This document shows, piece after piece, positions 29,374 through 42,111 of a stretch of DNA of 64,000 nucleotides. The position numbers and the translations under genes are program-made. This stretch comes from Octopus vulgaris (Eukaryota): NCBI GenBank assembly GCA_951406725.2, contig OX597819.1, positions 113,088,001 through 113,152,000 of the forward strand, written 5' to 3'. Numbering within the stretch: position 1 is the stretch's first letter; the number at the start of each line of letters is the position of its first letter. Under the pieces are notes generated by a model, which was not told where the DNA came from, did not search any database, and saw only the letters and a list, made by a program, of their open reading frames with translations.

Positions 29374-29464
29374 AAACATGCGCATACATATATGTGTGTG
29401 TGCATCTATGTATATGTATGTTTGTTTGTATATATGTATGTACGTGTGTATGTGCGTATATATA

Positions 29465-29520
<56 letters not shown>

Positions 29521-29524
<4 letters not shown>

Positions 29525-29626
29525 CTTGATCACCTTGACCGACCAGTCCGTCCGGCGTCCATTTGACACCGCTGGTCACAGCACGCTGTCCACTCCTCTC
29601 TGGATCGTGCCTTTCTCATCCATGTG
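29521..29626 (-). mobile_element. LINE (RTE-like) extreme 3' end
   Basis: Minus translation TWMRKARSREEWTACCDQR; ends in tandem TCAAGGTGA; sits in (TA)n. Confidence 0.55.
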
Positions 29627-29633
29627 ATCCCAA

Positions 29634-29712
<79 letters not shown>

Positions 29713-29952
29713 TGTAATTATATAATTATATAAATACAATGTACATTTAAACACTCAAGAGGCATCCATCATAGGATTCCTCGCACGCTAGAGAGGACAA
29801 TTAAATTCCAAACCAATATTAGGGATAAAATGTCGAAAAAGAATGAAAACTAAAAACATTTACCATCTAACTCCTGGACCAATGGTTTCAAACTTTTTTA
29901 GCAAATTGCTAGGCGAAGTCTTCTTCAGCAGACATACCTTATATTAAATATA

Positions 29953-31244
29953 CGAGGGGTGTTCAATAAGTAATGCCCTTGATCCACTTCCCATAGCAGT
30001 AGAGCAACGAAACTTGTCACAGTTATTAGTCTCTTTCTACATAGGAACAACCCAGAGTTACGCATTTCTCCCATTGTTTGATGCAGCTCTGGAGACCGTT
30101 TTTGTAGAAGACCCCAGCTTAGTCTTCCAACCACGACGTGACTTCAGAAATCAAGGCTGCATCATCTGGGAAACTCTTTGCTTTCAAAAACAACTTCATG
30201 GCTGGGAAGGGGTGAAAATCAGAGGGTGCAAGGTCAGGAGAGTAGGGGGGATGGGGGAGGAGTTCATAGCCGCACGCCTGTGCTTCTGATCTGGCGACAC
30301 GCGAGTTGTGGACCGGAGCGTTGTCCTGCAGGAAGAGGATGCCTTTGCTGATCTTGCCCCGCCTCTTGATTTTGATAGCTTTTCTTAATTTCCTCAAAAG
30401 GGAAGCATAATAGGCTCCTGTAATTGTGGTACCCTTTGCCAGGAAATCTGTCATCACTACACCGTCCTGGTCACAGAAGACTGTGAGCATGACCTTGCTA
30501 GCGGAGGGCTGCACCCTTGCCTTCTTTGGAGGAGGTGAGTCACGGTGCTTCCCCTGCATTGACTGTGCTTTGGTCTCTGGATCATAGTGATGAACCCAGG
30601 TTTCATCCTGTGTAATCAGTCTTTTGAAAAATTTTGACTCATCTTCTTGGCACATCTCCAAATTCATCCTCGAGCACTCGACGCGTTCTTGCTTCTGGAA
30701 AGGTGTGAGCAACCTGGGAATCCATCTGGCAGACACCTTTTGCATATGCAAATGGTCATGAATGATAGTTTCCACGGACCCGGTACTAATCTTGACCTCA
30801 TGGGCTATTTGGCGAATAGTTATGCGTCGATCTTCCAAAATGGCAGCCTCAACTTGACGGACAGATGCCTCATCAATGGCCGAATGGGAAGACCAGATCT
30901 AGGAGCCGTTTCCACAGAGTTTCGGCTATGTTTGAATTCACGATGCCAGCGTTTTACAAGGTCATATGATGGGGCATCATCACCATTAGTTACTTTCATT
31001 TCATCAAAAGTCTCCCGTGGTGTGCGTCCTTTCAAGTACAAAAACCGGATCACTGCTCGACACTCAACAGGCTCCATTTCACACTTGACTCAGTTCAAAC
31101 ACCTGTAAATCAGAAACCACAATTATTTCAGAGGTGTAATTTGCCACTTAATCTATAGAGATATAAATAATTCCACATGCAAAATTTCAGCTAGATCAAA
31201 CAACTTCAAGAGGGTCAGGGGCATTACTTATTGAACGTCCCTCG
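29953..31244 (-). mobile_element. Mariner (DD34D) DNA transposon, full length, copy 2
   Basis: Same TIRs as copy 1, TA TSD, 1292 bp. Confidence 0.97.
30026..31077 (-). pseudogene. Mariner transposase pseudogene
   Basis: 34 residues counted between the Asp of QDNA and the Asp of PSDF; frameshift near 30888 and premature TAA at 30119-30121. Confidence 0.95.
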
Positions 31245-31476
31245 TATATACACGAGGCAATCCAGTATATGCCCCGTGCTTATACATTCTAACTTTTCAA
31301 ATCTACCGCGCAAGCGTAGCTCCTTGTCGGCAGTAAATAAAATGGCGGCTTATCAAATGCACAAAAACTATCGTCCATCATGTGTCTGTTAATCTACTGC
31401 CTTTAATGCCTTGCTTCATAAATATAATTAGTGACTTTTAATTTAAGATAATCTTTTCCCAACTATTTTAGGCTTT

Positions 31477-31693
31477 TATTCTTTTACTTGTTTCAGTCAT
31501 TTAACAGTGGTCATGCTGGAGCACCGCCTTTAGTCGAACGACTCGACCCCAGGACTTACTCTTTGTACGTCCAGTACTTATTCTATCGGTCTCTGTTGCC
31601 AAAACGCTAATTTACGGGGACGGAAATACACCAACATCGGTTGTCAAACAATGGTGGGGCCACAAACACAGATGCTCAAATACATACATACCT

Positions 31694-31744
<51 letters not shown>

Positions 31745-31822
31745 CGACGGGCTTCTTTCAGTTTCCGTCTACAAAATCCACTCACAAGACATTGGTCGGG
31801 CCGAGGCTATAGTAGAAGACAC
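31477..31822 (-). mobile_element. SINE family A lacking head
   Basis: Tail and body match; ends at (AAT)n. Confidence 0.85.
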
Positions 31823-31854
31823 TAATAATAACAATAATAATAATAATAATAATA

Positions 31855-31985
31855 GGCATGCCCAGAATAATCAGGAAAGTATTAGCTGAAAAGAACGGAT
31901 AGCATGGAATCGCAGGCTGCAGGAAGCAAGCCCGCTACGCATGCAAGACTCCAGGTGCTCCAACAAAATCTGTAATAAAGAGAAA
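31855..31985 (+). mobile_element. R4/Dong-like LINE extreme 3' end
   Basis: GMPRIIRKVLAEKNG* resembles the GTARIxRKVL C-terminus of RLE elements; follows (AAT)n. Confidence 0.5.
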
Positions 31986-33301
31986 TATTAATCCTTCAAG
32001 GCCTGAAATTTTGGGGGATGGGAAACAGTCGAATACATCGACCCCAGTACTTGACTGGTACTTAATTTATCGACCCCGAAGGGATGAAAGGCAAAGTAAA
32101 CCTCGGCGGAATTTGAACTCAGAACAACAAACTCAAAATAACCGGTCAAGAAATAGGTGAATTCAAACAGAACTAAAGGGAAAATCCATGTAAAAGAAGA
32201 GATAAAGTATATATGATAACATATCTTTGTGTCTCCAGAATCGTACATCTATTAATAGATAGTGTCTTCGCTAAAGTCATTAGAGTGACTGACCGTACAA
32301 CTTCGCATCTATTTAGCAATATGATATCGCTGTCTGTTACCCAGAATTAATTGTCAAGAGTTTTACGCCACCAGTTGATTTACTGGCAGGCTGTTAGTCA
32401 AAATATTTATGATGGTTACCCACTTTCACAATCTTAAAGGCAGTCGTTTTTCTAGGCAGATAAAAACCAAGTTATTTCTTTGTTAAGATGTATGTATATT
32501 AGCGAATAATTAAAGTGATGTAGGATATTCCAAGAATAAGAAACCAATTGACGTGCCATGTATATCTTTTATCTTTTACCTTTTATTTCTTTCAGTCATT
32601 AGACTGTGGCCATGCTGGAGCACCGCATTGAAAAGGTTCTAGTCGAACTAGTCAAATCCAGTACTTTCTTTTTAAAAAAAACTTGGTACTTATTCTATCG
32701 GTCTCTTTTGTCGAACTGCCAAGTTACGAGGATGTAAACACACCAACACCGGTTGCCATGCGGTGCTGGAGGACAAACACGAAGAAGCACACACAAACAT
32801 ACATACATACATACATACATACATACATACATACATACATACATACATACATACACAAGCACACTCACGTACGTACATACGTACATGCATACATACATAC
32901 ATAAAGTTATACATAAACGTTTATATGAAGCAAATATACCAAAATTTGAAGTTCATATCTACTGTGGTCCGCTTTTTTCAAAACACAGTATCATACTACT
33001 TTTCAAATACCTACTTTAGAATAACGTATTTTAGTTATCCAAGACTGGGGTATGATAGTATTAAAAGAATTAACCGTTGTCTATTAAATATTTTTTCCCT
33101 GAAAGTTTTACCAAATCTGTGTTTACATCTCAGAATAATTTCTGAACGTTTGTTAATTAGTTCTTTCTTGGATAACCAATATACATTAGAGTCTCTTTCA
33201 AGCAAAGATTGCATAATCTGGAGTTCGCATGATTCGGATAAGCTGTTTTATTAAGGGTATATAGTGTGTTGACTCGCATTATTCTGGTAATTTATTTGCT
33301 T

Positions 33302-33717
33302 GGATCTTTTCGGTTTGAACGGCAGTTTTTCTAGCGGTGTCATATGAAATTGTCACCCATAATTATGACCCTAGTATCGATCTATTGCATTTCAATCTGT
33401 TTTAGGGTTAGGGTTAGGGGTAGGGGGAAGGATATCTTTTTTCTTCAGAAATGTAAATAAACCCAATCTGTTTCTTAAACGAGGGACATATTCATACGGC
33501 ACAGAATGTTTTCACCTCAAAAGACGTCATTGATTGGTTGAAATTGCAGAAATTGAAGAAAAAAAAACAACAAATATCTTACAAACCATAGAATTTTCTC
33601 AATAAAGCCAAGAGAAAAAAATGTTTTATAAACACATTCTACCAGTATACGAAGTTTAAAAGTGTTTAGTTACGTGGAAATTATTTTAAAAAACTGCCGT
33701 TCAAACTGAAAAGATCC
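33302..33717. mobile_element. GGATC-terminated non-autonomous DNA transposon with TTAGGG repeats
   Basis: About 28-bp TIR GGATCTTTTCGGTTTGAACGGCAGTTTT; 8-bp TSD ATTTGCTT; TTAGGG run at 33402-33426. Confidence 0.9.
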
Positions 33718-33754
33718 ATTTGCTTTTTTTTCGTCAAGTTACTATAGAAGCAGA

Positions 33755-33940
33755 ATAGCATTCAAAGTAGAAGCCACTACGTTGCACCGTCTGAAGCCAC
33801 CTTTTTGCCAGTTCTTTGATCCTACATTGATACCAGTTCTTGTCCTTCGAGGTGAAGAACTCCTTCACTGAAGCTTTCACATCTTGGATGATGAAGCATC
33901 GCGTGTGCGGGAACTGAGCAATGGATCACAAAAAGTAATG
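33755..33940 (-). pseudogene. Mariner transposase C-terminal relic (different subfamily)
   Basis: VKEFFTSKDKNWYQCRIKELAKRWLQTVQRSGFYFE. Confidence 0.75.
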
Positions 33941-33959
33941 GTAGTTGTGTTAGTGGTGG

Positions 33960-34874
33960 CAGTGGTATGGTGCTGTAAGTGGTATGGTGCTGCGAGTGGT
34001 ATGGTGCTGCGAGTAGTATGGTGCCGCGAGTGGTATGGTGCTGCGAGTGGCATGGTGCTGCGAGTGGTATGGTGTTACGAGTGGTGTGGTGCTGCGAGTG
34101 GTGTGGTGCTGCGAGTGGTGTGGTGCTGCGAGTGGTATGGTGCTGCAAGTGGCATGGTGCTGTAAGTGGTATGGTGATGCGAGTGGTATGGTGCTGCGAG
34201 TGGTATGGTGCTGCGAGTGGTATGGTGCTGTGAGTGGTATGGTGCTGCGAATGGTATGGTGCTGCGAGTAGTATGGTGCCGCGAGTGGTATGGTGCTGCG
34301 AGTGGCATGGTGCTGCGAGTGGTATGGTATTGCGAGTGGTGTGGTGCTGCGAGTGGTGTGGTGCTGCGAGTGGTATGGTGCTGCAAGTGGCATGGTGCTG
34401 TAAGTGGTATGGTGATGCGAGTAAGAAACCAATTGACGCTGCGAGTGGTATGGTTCTGCGAGTGGTATGGTGCTGTGAGTGGTATGGTGCTGCGAATGGT
34501 ATGGTGCTGCGAGTAGTATGGTGCCGCGAGTTGAATGCTGAATGGTTCTGGGTGTATGGTGCGCGAATGGTAGTCAAATCCAGTGGTATGGTGCTGTTAG
34601 TAGTATGGTGCAAAGTAATATGGTGCCGTGAGTGGTATGGTGCTGCAAGTGGTATGGTGCTGCGAATGGTATGGTGCTGCGAGTGGTATGGTGCTGCGAG
34701 TGGTATGGTGCTGCGAGTAGTATGGTGCCGCGAATGGTATGGTGCTGCAAATGGTATGGTGCTGGGTGTGGTATGGTGCTGCGAATGGTATTGTGCTGCG
34801 AGTGGTATGGTGCTGCGAGTGGTATGGTGCCGCGAGTAATATGGTGCCGCGAGTGGTATGGTGCTGCGAATGGT
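33960..34874. repeat. 17-bp minisatellite (GAGTGGTATGGTGCTGC)n
   Basis: About 50 units; variant order repeats at 255-bp spacing (34011 versus 34266). Confidence 0.95.
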
Positions 34875-35756
34875 TTTCTTGGTGGAGGAGGTGATGGTGT
34901 TGCTAGTGGTTTTGTGATACTAGTAGTTGTAACGATTTTGTCATTGGCGTCGTTGTTCTTGTTATTGTTTAGCCCCAGGTCAGTTCTGTTTGAGAAGACC
35001 TATGATCAAATGCATAACAAACAAATTCAGTCCGCCGTTTTGTATATTGCGGAGTGTACAACAAGGATCTTTGTGGTATTCGTCACTGTTTACAATTTTG
35101 CTACAATAGTTATGAACATGAAATTCATTTTTCCTATAAATCCATAATCAAAAAAATTATTAGCCTTAAAAATTTTCAAAATTTGGGTATTTTAGCCAAT
35201 CAGAAGCGAGTATTTTAGACATCACTGTGGCGAAGAAGCCTATTTCTATAGTAACCAAAGCAAAGAAGCACCACATGTTCCAGAGCTGATTGCGAAGAAC
35301 TCTGTAGTAACCAAAGATGCTGCGCATGCGCACAATTTAAGAAGGTGAAACATGATTTGATAAATTTGTGTAACTATTTCTAGCGGATCGAATAACCACG
35401 TACGGGTTTCTCAGTTTGTGATGTTAGGGGTGTTAGTGTTAATGTGTATATAAAATATATGACGTAATATATACCCAGTTTCTCTACATAAATGACAGTT
35501 TTTGTTGTGGTTTTTCGTGTATGCGATTTATCTATTTATCATTGAATTGCGGCCATACTGGAGCACCAGCTGTAAGATTTTCGTCGATCATATTGCCTCT
35601 ATTGCGTATTTTAATATGACCCTTTATTTTAGCGTTCTCTATTTGTTGAGTTGCTAGATACCGGACGTAAAGGGACACAACATAAGCAACATCGGTTTTT
35701 AGACCTGTGTAAACATAAATATAATTAGGTACACAGACACACGCAGGTACGCACAT

Positions 35757-35838
<82 letters not shown>

Positions 35839-35892
35839 GGTAACCTAATGCCTCGTCATCTATTTAGTGGTGCGCATAAATAGAACTTATCT

Positions 35893-36172
35893 GAAGAAGA
35901 AGAAGAAGAAGAAGAAGAAGAAGAAGAAGAAGAAGAAGAAAAGAAGAAGAAGAAGAAGAAGAAGAAGAAGAAGAAGAAGAAGAAGAAGAAGAAGAAGAAG
36001 AAGAATTGGCTGTATATATCTAGCGATTGTGAACTTGTTAGCATGTACCAAGTCTTCGCTAATCGTTTTTGGTGCCTATGTATTCGTGGTTATAGACACC
36101 CATTCGGTCTTCCTCGCCCATTTGGTCTTTTGGCCCAGCAAAACATCTATGATATAACTAACGGAGGTGCCG

Positions 36173-36206
<34 letters not shown>

Positions 36207-36301
36207 GAAGGAAGGAAGGAAGGAAGGAAGAAAGGAAAGAAAGAAAGAAAGAAAGAAGGAAGGACGGAAGGAAGGAAGGAAGGAAGGAAAGAAAGAAAGA
36301 T

Positions 36302-36344
<43 letters not shown>

Positions 36345-36405
36345 AAGAAAGAAAGAAAGAAAGGAAAGAAAGAAAGAATGAATGAATGAAAGAAAAAAGG
36401 AAGGA

Positions 36406-36436
<31 letters not shown>

Positions 36437-36581
36437 GAAAGAAAGAAAGAAAGAAGGAAGGAAGGAAAGAAAGAAAGAAAGAAAGAAAGAAGGAAGGACG
36501 GAAGGAAGGAAGGAAGGAAGGAAGAAAGGAAAGAAAGAAAGAAAGAAGGAAGGAAAAAGGAAGGAAGGAAGGAAGGAAGGA

Positions 36582-36665
<84 letters not shown>

Positions 36666-36666
36666 A

Positions 36667-36725
<59 letters not shown>

Positions 36726-36779
36726 GAAGAAAGAAAGAAAGAAGGAAGGAAATGGAAAGAAAGAAAGAAAGAAAGAAAG

Positions 36780-36815
<36 letters not shown>
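35893..36815. repeat. (GAA)n and (GAAA/GGAA)n purine tracts
   Basis: 35893-36004 and 36172-36815. Confidence 0.93.
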
Positions 36816-36818
<3 letters not shown>

Positions 36819-37366
36819 CAGCACGGGTTCATTTTTCAGCTGAGTGCATTGGAACAACATAAAAATTAAATGACTTGCCCAAGAATGCAACGCACCACCC
36901 CAACCGGTTATAGAACTTACGATCTTTATAGCCGCGAGTGCAAGATTCAAATCACTGCTCCACTCACAATCACTAAACATTAAATTTTAAACAGACAAAA
37001 AACAAAAACATTCGAGATAAACATACTCTCATTTCGTTGAAGATGAAATGAGAGAATAGTTATCTCGAATACGATTAAATATAGAAAAAACGTCGTTGAA
37101 ATACATCATTAATCACATTCTTCTCATTGATAAACTATGCATCATTTATTTTGATACGCCTCATTTATCTGATATGCTTATTTCTTTGTGCATCATTTAT
37201 TTAATGAATTAAGAACTTAATGGGAGTTTTTTGTAGTTTAAATCATTTATATTTAAAGGATATATAATATATAATTAAATTTTTGTTAATGCGTTTATTT
37301 CATTTTATTTTATGCACAAACTACGCCAAAATATTTTTTTTAACTTTTACTCTAAAGTGAGACATA

Positions 37367-37780
37367 GGCGCAGGAGTGGCTGTGTGGTAAGTAGCTTGCT
37401 AACCAACCACATGGTTCCGGGTTCAGTCCCACTGCGTGGCATCTTGGGCAAGTGTCTTCTGCTATAGCCCCGGGCCGACCAATGCCTTGTGAGTGGATTT
37501 GGTAGACGGAAACTGAAAGAAGCCTGTCGTATATATGTATATATATATAAGTGTGTGTGTATATGTTTGTGTGTCTGTGTTTGTCCCCCTAGCATTGCTT
37601 GACAACCGATGCTGGTGTGTTTACGTCACCGTCACTTAGCGTTTCGGCAAAAGAGCCCGATAGAATAAGTACTGGGCTTACAATAAGAATAAGTCCCGGG
37701 GTCGAGTTGCTCGATTAAAGGCGGTGCTCCAGCATGGCCGCAGTCAAATGACTGAAACAAGTAAAAGAGTAAAAGAGAGT
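37367..37780 (+). mobile_element. SINE family A, full length, near consensus
   Basis: A-box TGGCTGTGTGG, B-box-like GGTTCAGTCC, complete tail. Confidence 0.93.
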
Positions 37781-38060
37781 ATAAGTGAAAATATAAATCC
37801 AGGAATAGTTACTTAGATGAAGGCACTTGTTCACTGCCTCGCGAATCGAACCCTTAATACACGTGGTTATGAAACACACTTCTACGCTACACAAGTAGTT
37901 CAGCAGTTGTGGTCTGTGCGTTTCAGACATCTCTCTCTCTTTCTCTTTCTCTCTCTCCTTCTATCTATCTAGCTATCTATCTCTCTATCTCTCCTTCTCT
38001 CTCTCTCTCACTCTTAAACACAGTCTATCTTACTCTCAACACGATGTAAACCAGAAGAAA

Positions 38061-38291
38061 GGCAGCGAGCTGGCAGAAACGTTAGCACGCCGGGCGAAAT
38101 GCTTAGCGGCATTTCATCTGCCGTTACGTTGTGAGTTCAAATTCCGCCAAGGTCGTCTTTGCCTTTCATCCTTTCGGGGTCGATAAATTAAGTACCAGTT
38201 ACGCACTGGAGTCGATGTAATTGACTTAATCCGTTTGTCTGTCCTTGTTTGTCCCCTCTGTGTTTAGCCCCTTGTGGATAGTAAAGAAATA
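38061..38291 (+). mobile_element. SINE family B1 monomer with 17-bp TSD
   Basis: TSD GATGTAARCCAGAAGAA at 38043-38059 and 38292-38308. Confidence 0.92.
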
Positions 38292-38517
38292 GATGTAAGC
38301 CAGAAGAACTGAAATTAGTGAAGATATTACAAAGCCTCACTATGAGTGAAATAATGTAAATACATACATTCTAAGCAATAGAAGGATAGGAAAATAAAGT
38401 GAGAAATGGCGTCTCTTGACGGACCGTTTCACATTTTGTGGACCACTCCTTAGAGAAGACATATCCGGTTTCATCCTCCAATCAATAGCACAATTCTTTA
38501 ATTGCAAAACAGTTTTG

Positions 38518-40467
38518 GGATCTTTTCTTTTTGAAAGCCAGATTTTTCAGATTTTTTTGGTTAACTAGATAATTTGAAACTTCGTATACTGGTAGAATGT
38601 GTCAAAAGAAAACAATAATTTCAACTAGTTTTTTTGACAAAAATGTATTTTATAAGTTTAAACGTAGTTTAAATCTGCGAATTTTAACCAATCGTATTCT
38701 CTGTATTGAGTTGAAATTATTTGCTCCGTCTAAACATATTGTTACTGTGACGTAAACAGCTGTTTTGTGACGTTTACTTTGGAAGAATAATAAACACATA
38801 TTCAGTGTTTTTGTATAGGCTTCGGGTGTTTTCTCTATACAATGTATATATTTACTATAAACTTGTGCACACGCTTTGATTCTTCAGTTTGACACACGCC
38901 TTGAACCGGTTATTTGGCTTGTATGCGCACCCACATACACACACGTACCCATCCATACGCATACTCGCACATAATCAGGGCCCCTCTGCGTTTTCGCTCG
39001 TCGATGTGCTAGGAATAACACCCAAATCCCCTTAAAACCATATACTACTGGGTTAAAGGAAGGGTACATTGACTAATATAATCATAGATGCTATATCTGA
39101 AAAAAGAGGGGGCGCGCAAAAATACGGGTTGGTCATAGTTGGAACCCTTTGATCCTCAACCGGGTTTATCAGGATGACCTGAGTTAAATAGCAATAACAA
39201 TATATTTGTAATATTGATTATAGACACAAAGCATATATTTTGGGGTGAGTGGAGGGTATAATCATTTATATCGATCTCCAATACTTGATCGATGTATTTT
39301 CTCGACCGTGGAAGAACAGACGGCTTGTTTTGAATTCCGGTGAGGGTTGAAACCCGAACGTATAGGACCGTATCCCTAAACATTCTAACAGTCCTTTACC
39401 AAGCCCTTGTCAGCATGTAATATCATCTGATCCACATTATCTCTCTATTATTTGTCCACGCGTAAAAATATATCATCAAGGTGACATAGTTAAACTTCGA
39501 CGAAAAATATAATGTAAAGCTGGCAGAATCGGTAGTGCATCGGATAAAATGCCTAGCGTCATTTCTTACGAATCTTTACGTTCCGTGTTCGAATATTGCT
39601 GAGCTTTCCTTCTTTCGGGCGGCGGTTATAGAATAAGTACCAGTTGAATACAATCGACTAGTTCTTCCCATCAACTTCAGGCCTTGTACTTACTGGGGAA
39701 ATAAATATTATTAAGGAAGGGGGTGGGGCAAGTTGGCAGAATCGTTCGTGCGTCGGACAAAATACCTTGTGGCATTTCTTCCGACTTCTCACGTTACCGT
39801 CGTCGTCGACTTTACCTTTCATGATTGTTGGTCTTGTGCCAAAATTTTGTGCAATTTTATTTTTTATATCGAAACTAAATATATAGTTTTAGCTCTCAAG
39901 GTGAACTCCAAGCAATTACCTATGATGAAAGGTATTCTAGGTTTGAATATCCCAAGTGTGACACCTACTCCAAAGGCACGATGAAGTGGTAGGCAGTTAA
40001 AATGTTTTAAAACGTGGATTTTTCAGAAAAATAAGATTTAATGGGAATTACATGTATTTTAGAGTGACGAAAATTACCGAAACCTCTCCAAAAATTTACC
40101 ATCGAAATTTCATTTTATTCTCGACAGCTATTTCGAAAGCCTGCCGTATTTTTATTATTATTCTGTCTGTTTAGGACTTTGTTATATGGGACGGTGATGT
40201 TTACATTTTAGCTATGTTAACTACGTCACAAAATAGCTGTTTACGTCAGAGTAACAATATTTTGAGAAGCAGTAAATAATATGAGGCCGAAAGAAAGAAT
40301 ATCATTGGTTAAAATTTGAATTTTTAAACAACGTTAAACTTAGAAATTACAATTCCGTTTTCATTTTGGTTTACAATTATGTTTTCTTTTGACACATTCT
40401 ACCAGTATACGAAGTTTCAAATTGTTTAGTTAACTAGGAAAATCTGGCTTTCAAAAGGAAAAGATCC
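38518..40467. mobile_element. GGATC foldback transposon with about 255-bp arms and 1.4-kb interior
   Basis: Perfect 8-bp TSD CAGTTTTG at 38510-38517 and 40468-40475; arms share the family motif CACATTCTACCAGTATACGAAGTTT. Confidence 0.9.
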
Positions 40468-40584
40468 CAGTTTTGGAGACCACTTGATTCTATTCTTCTC
40501 ATTTTAAGTTGGTCCTATTTGCCACCGGTCGATTATTCTGCCTTCCCTTGAAGTGGAATTAATTCCAATAAATTTATCTTCATA

Positions 40585-40739
40585 AAGTAATATTAATCGC
40601 TTCGTCAGTATGGCTGTTCGATATTACTACTGTTTTAACCCCTTGCAGATCTTCCGCTTGCTGGACCAGAAGATCTGCCTGGGTTTATAAACGGTAGTAA
40701 CAACAAACAGCTATATTGATGTGGCGATTAACATTACTT
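40585..40739. repeat. Imperfect hairpin, about 70-bp arms (MITE-like)
   Basis: AAGTAATATTAATCGC..GCAGATCTTC / GAAGATCTGC..GCGATTAACATTACTT. Confidence 0.75.
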
Positions 40740-40915
40740 GTCGGTATAGTTACTACTTTTACCTGTTACTGAGATTGTCTAACTGGCTACTTGGCTTATC
40801 TTCGATAGATTTCCATATATTCTTAACGTTTTTGTGGGGGGTTTTCAAATACTTGCCACTGGACACTCGATTTTTTCACCTAGCTCCTACTCCTTAATTA
40901 AAATCATATATATAC

Positions 40916-40953
<38 letters not shown>

Positions 40954-40956
<3 letters not shown>

Positions 40957-41287
40957 GACGCATGGCTCAGTAGTTAGAGCGTCGAGCTTACGCTCGTGAG
41001 GTTGTGAGTTCGATTCCCGGACCGGGCTGCGTGTTGTGTTTTTGAGCAAGATACTTTATTTTACGTTGCTTCAGTTAACTCAGCTGTAGAAATGAGTTGC
41101 GACATTACGGGTGCCAAGCTGTATTGGCCTTTGCTTTCCCTTGCATAACATCAGTGGCATGGAGAGGGGAGGCTGGTATGCATGGGCGACTGCTGGTCTT
41201 CCATAAAACAACCTTGCCCTGACTTGTGCCTCGGAGGGTAACTTTCTAGGTGCAATCCCATGGTTATTCATGACCGAAGTGGGGTCT
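40954..41287 (+). mobile_element. SINE family D (CORE-like) with its own tail
   Basis: tRNA head with B-box GAGTTCGATTCCC; TTGAGCAAGATACTTT..CTCAGCTGTAGAAATG. Confidence 0.87.
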
Positions 41288-41304
41288 CCTCCTATATATC
41301 TATA

Positions 41305-41649
41305 CCGTATTTGATGGCCTATAAGACGCACCTTTATGTTTTACCCAAAAAACAGCTTTAAAAATACCCCTGCGTTCAATGCACTCAATGTGGACTCAAA
41401 ACTCGCTCAAAACAGTATGTATGTTTACAAAACGTGTGCTGCCATTTGTTGGTGAACAATCGCCTACGGTATGTTTATATCGAATGTGGATGCAATAAAT
41501 TGATTATAATTCCTGGTAATAGTATAAAGTTATACGGGTAAGTGGAGGAATTAAAACATTATTTTAGTGGTAATTTAATTTACAAAAGTATAGCTTAGGC
41601 TAGTGTACGTCCTATGCAACTCGTGCGTCTCACAGGCTATCAAATACGG
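41305..41649. mobile_element. Tc2/pogo-type MITE
   Basis: TIR CCGTATTTGATGGCCTATAAGACGCAC / GTGCGTCTCACAGGCTATCAAATACGG; TA TSD. Confidence 0.85.
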
Positions 41650-42111
41650 TATATATAATTTTAATTAAGAAATAGGAGCTAGGTGAAAGACCCGAGTGGC
41701 AAGTATTTGAAAAATGTTTGTACCTATATATATGTACATACATATATCTAATTAACAGATGAGAACCAGAGATTCTCAGCATAGATAACACTGTAGCGCT
41801 CAAATGATTCAAACTTAGATTCCGGTGTCTTTACGAGGGACCAATTTCGCGGGGTAAAGAATGGCTATTAGAGGAATCAAGTTGAGCAGATATGGAGGAA
41901 ATTATGCGGATAAACAAATTTGATATCACAACTTAAGTTTGATACTGTTATATTTAATTCATTTATTTGCATAATTGCCTACATATATACATACATACAT
42001 ACATACATACATACATACATACATACATACATACATACGTATATACATACATACATACATACATACATACATACATACATACATACATACATACATACAT
42101 ACATACATAAG

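Noticed and set aside
33822-35147. Repetitive Cys/Trp or His/Thr ORFs; CRISPR-like periodicity
   Set aside because: A 17-bp minisatellite with no spacers; the unit length is not a multiple of three and there are no cas genes.
35065-35410. Fourth GGATC-starting element, similar to pieces at 62440-62950
   Set aside because: No clear right TIR or TSD could be identified; at best a decayed relative.
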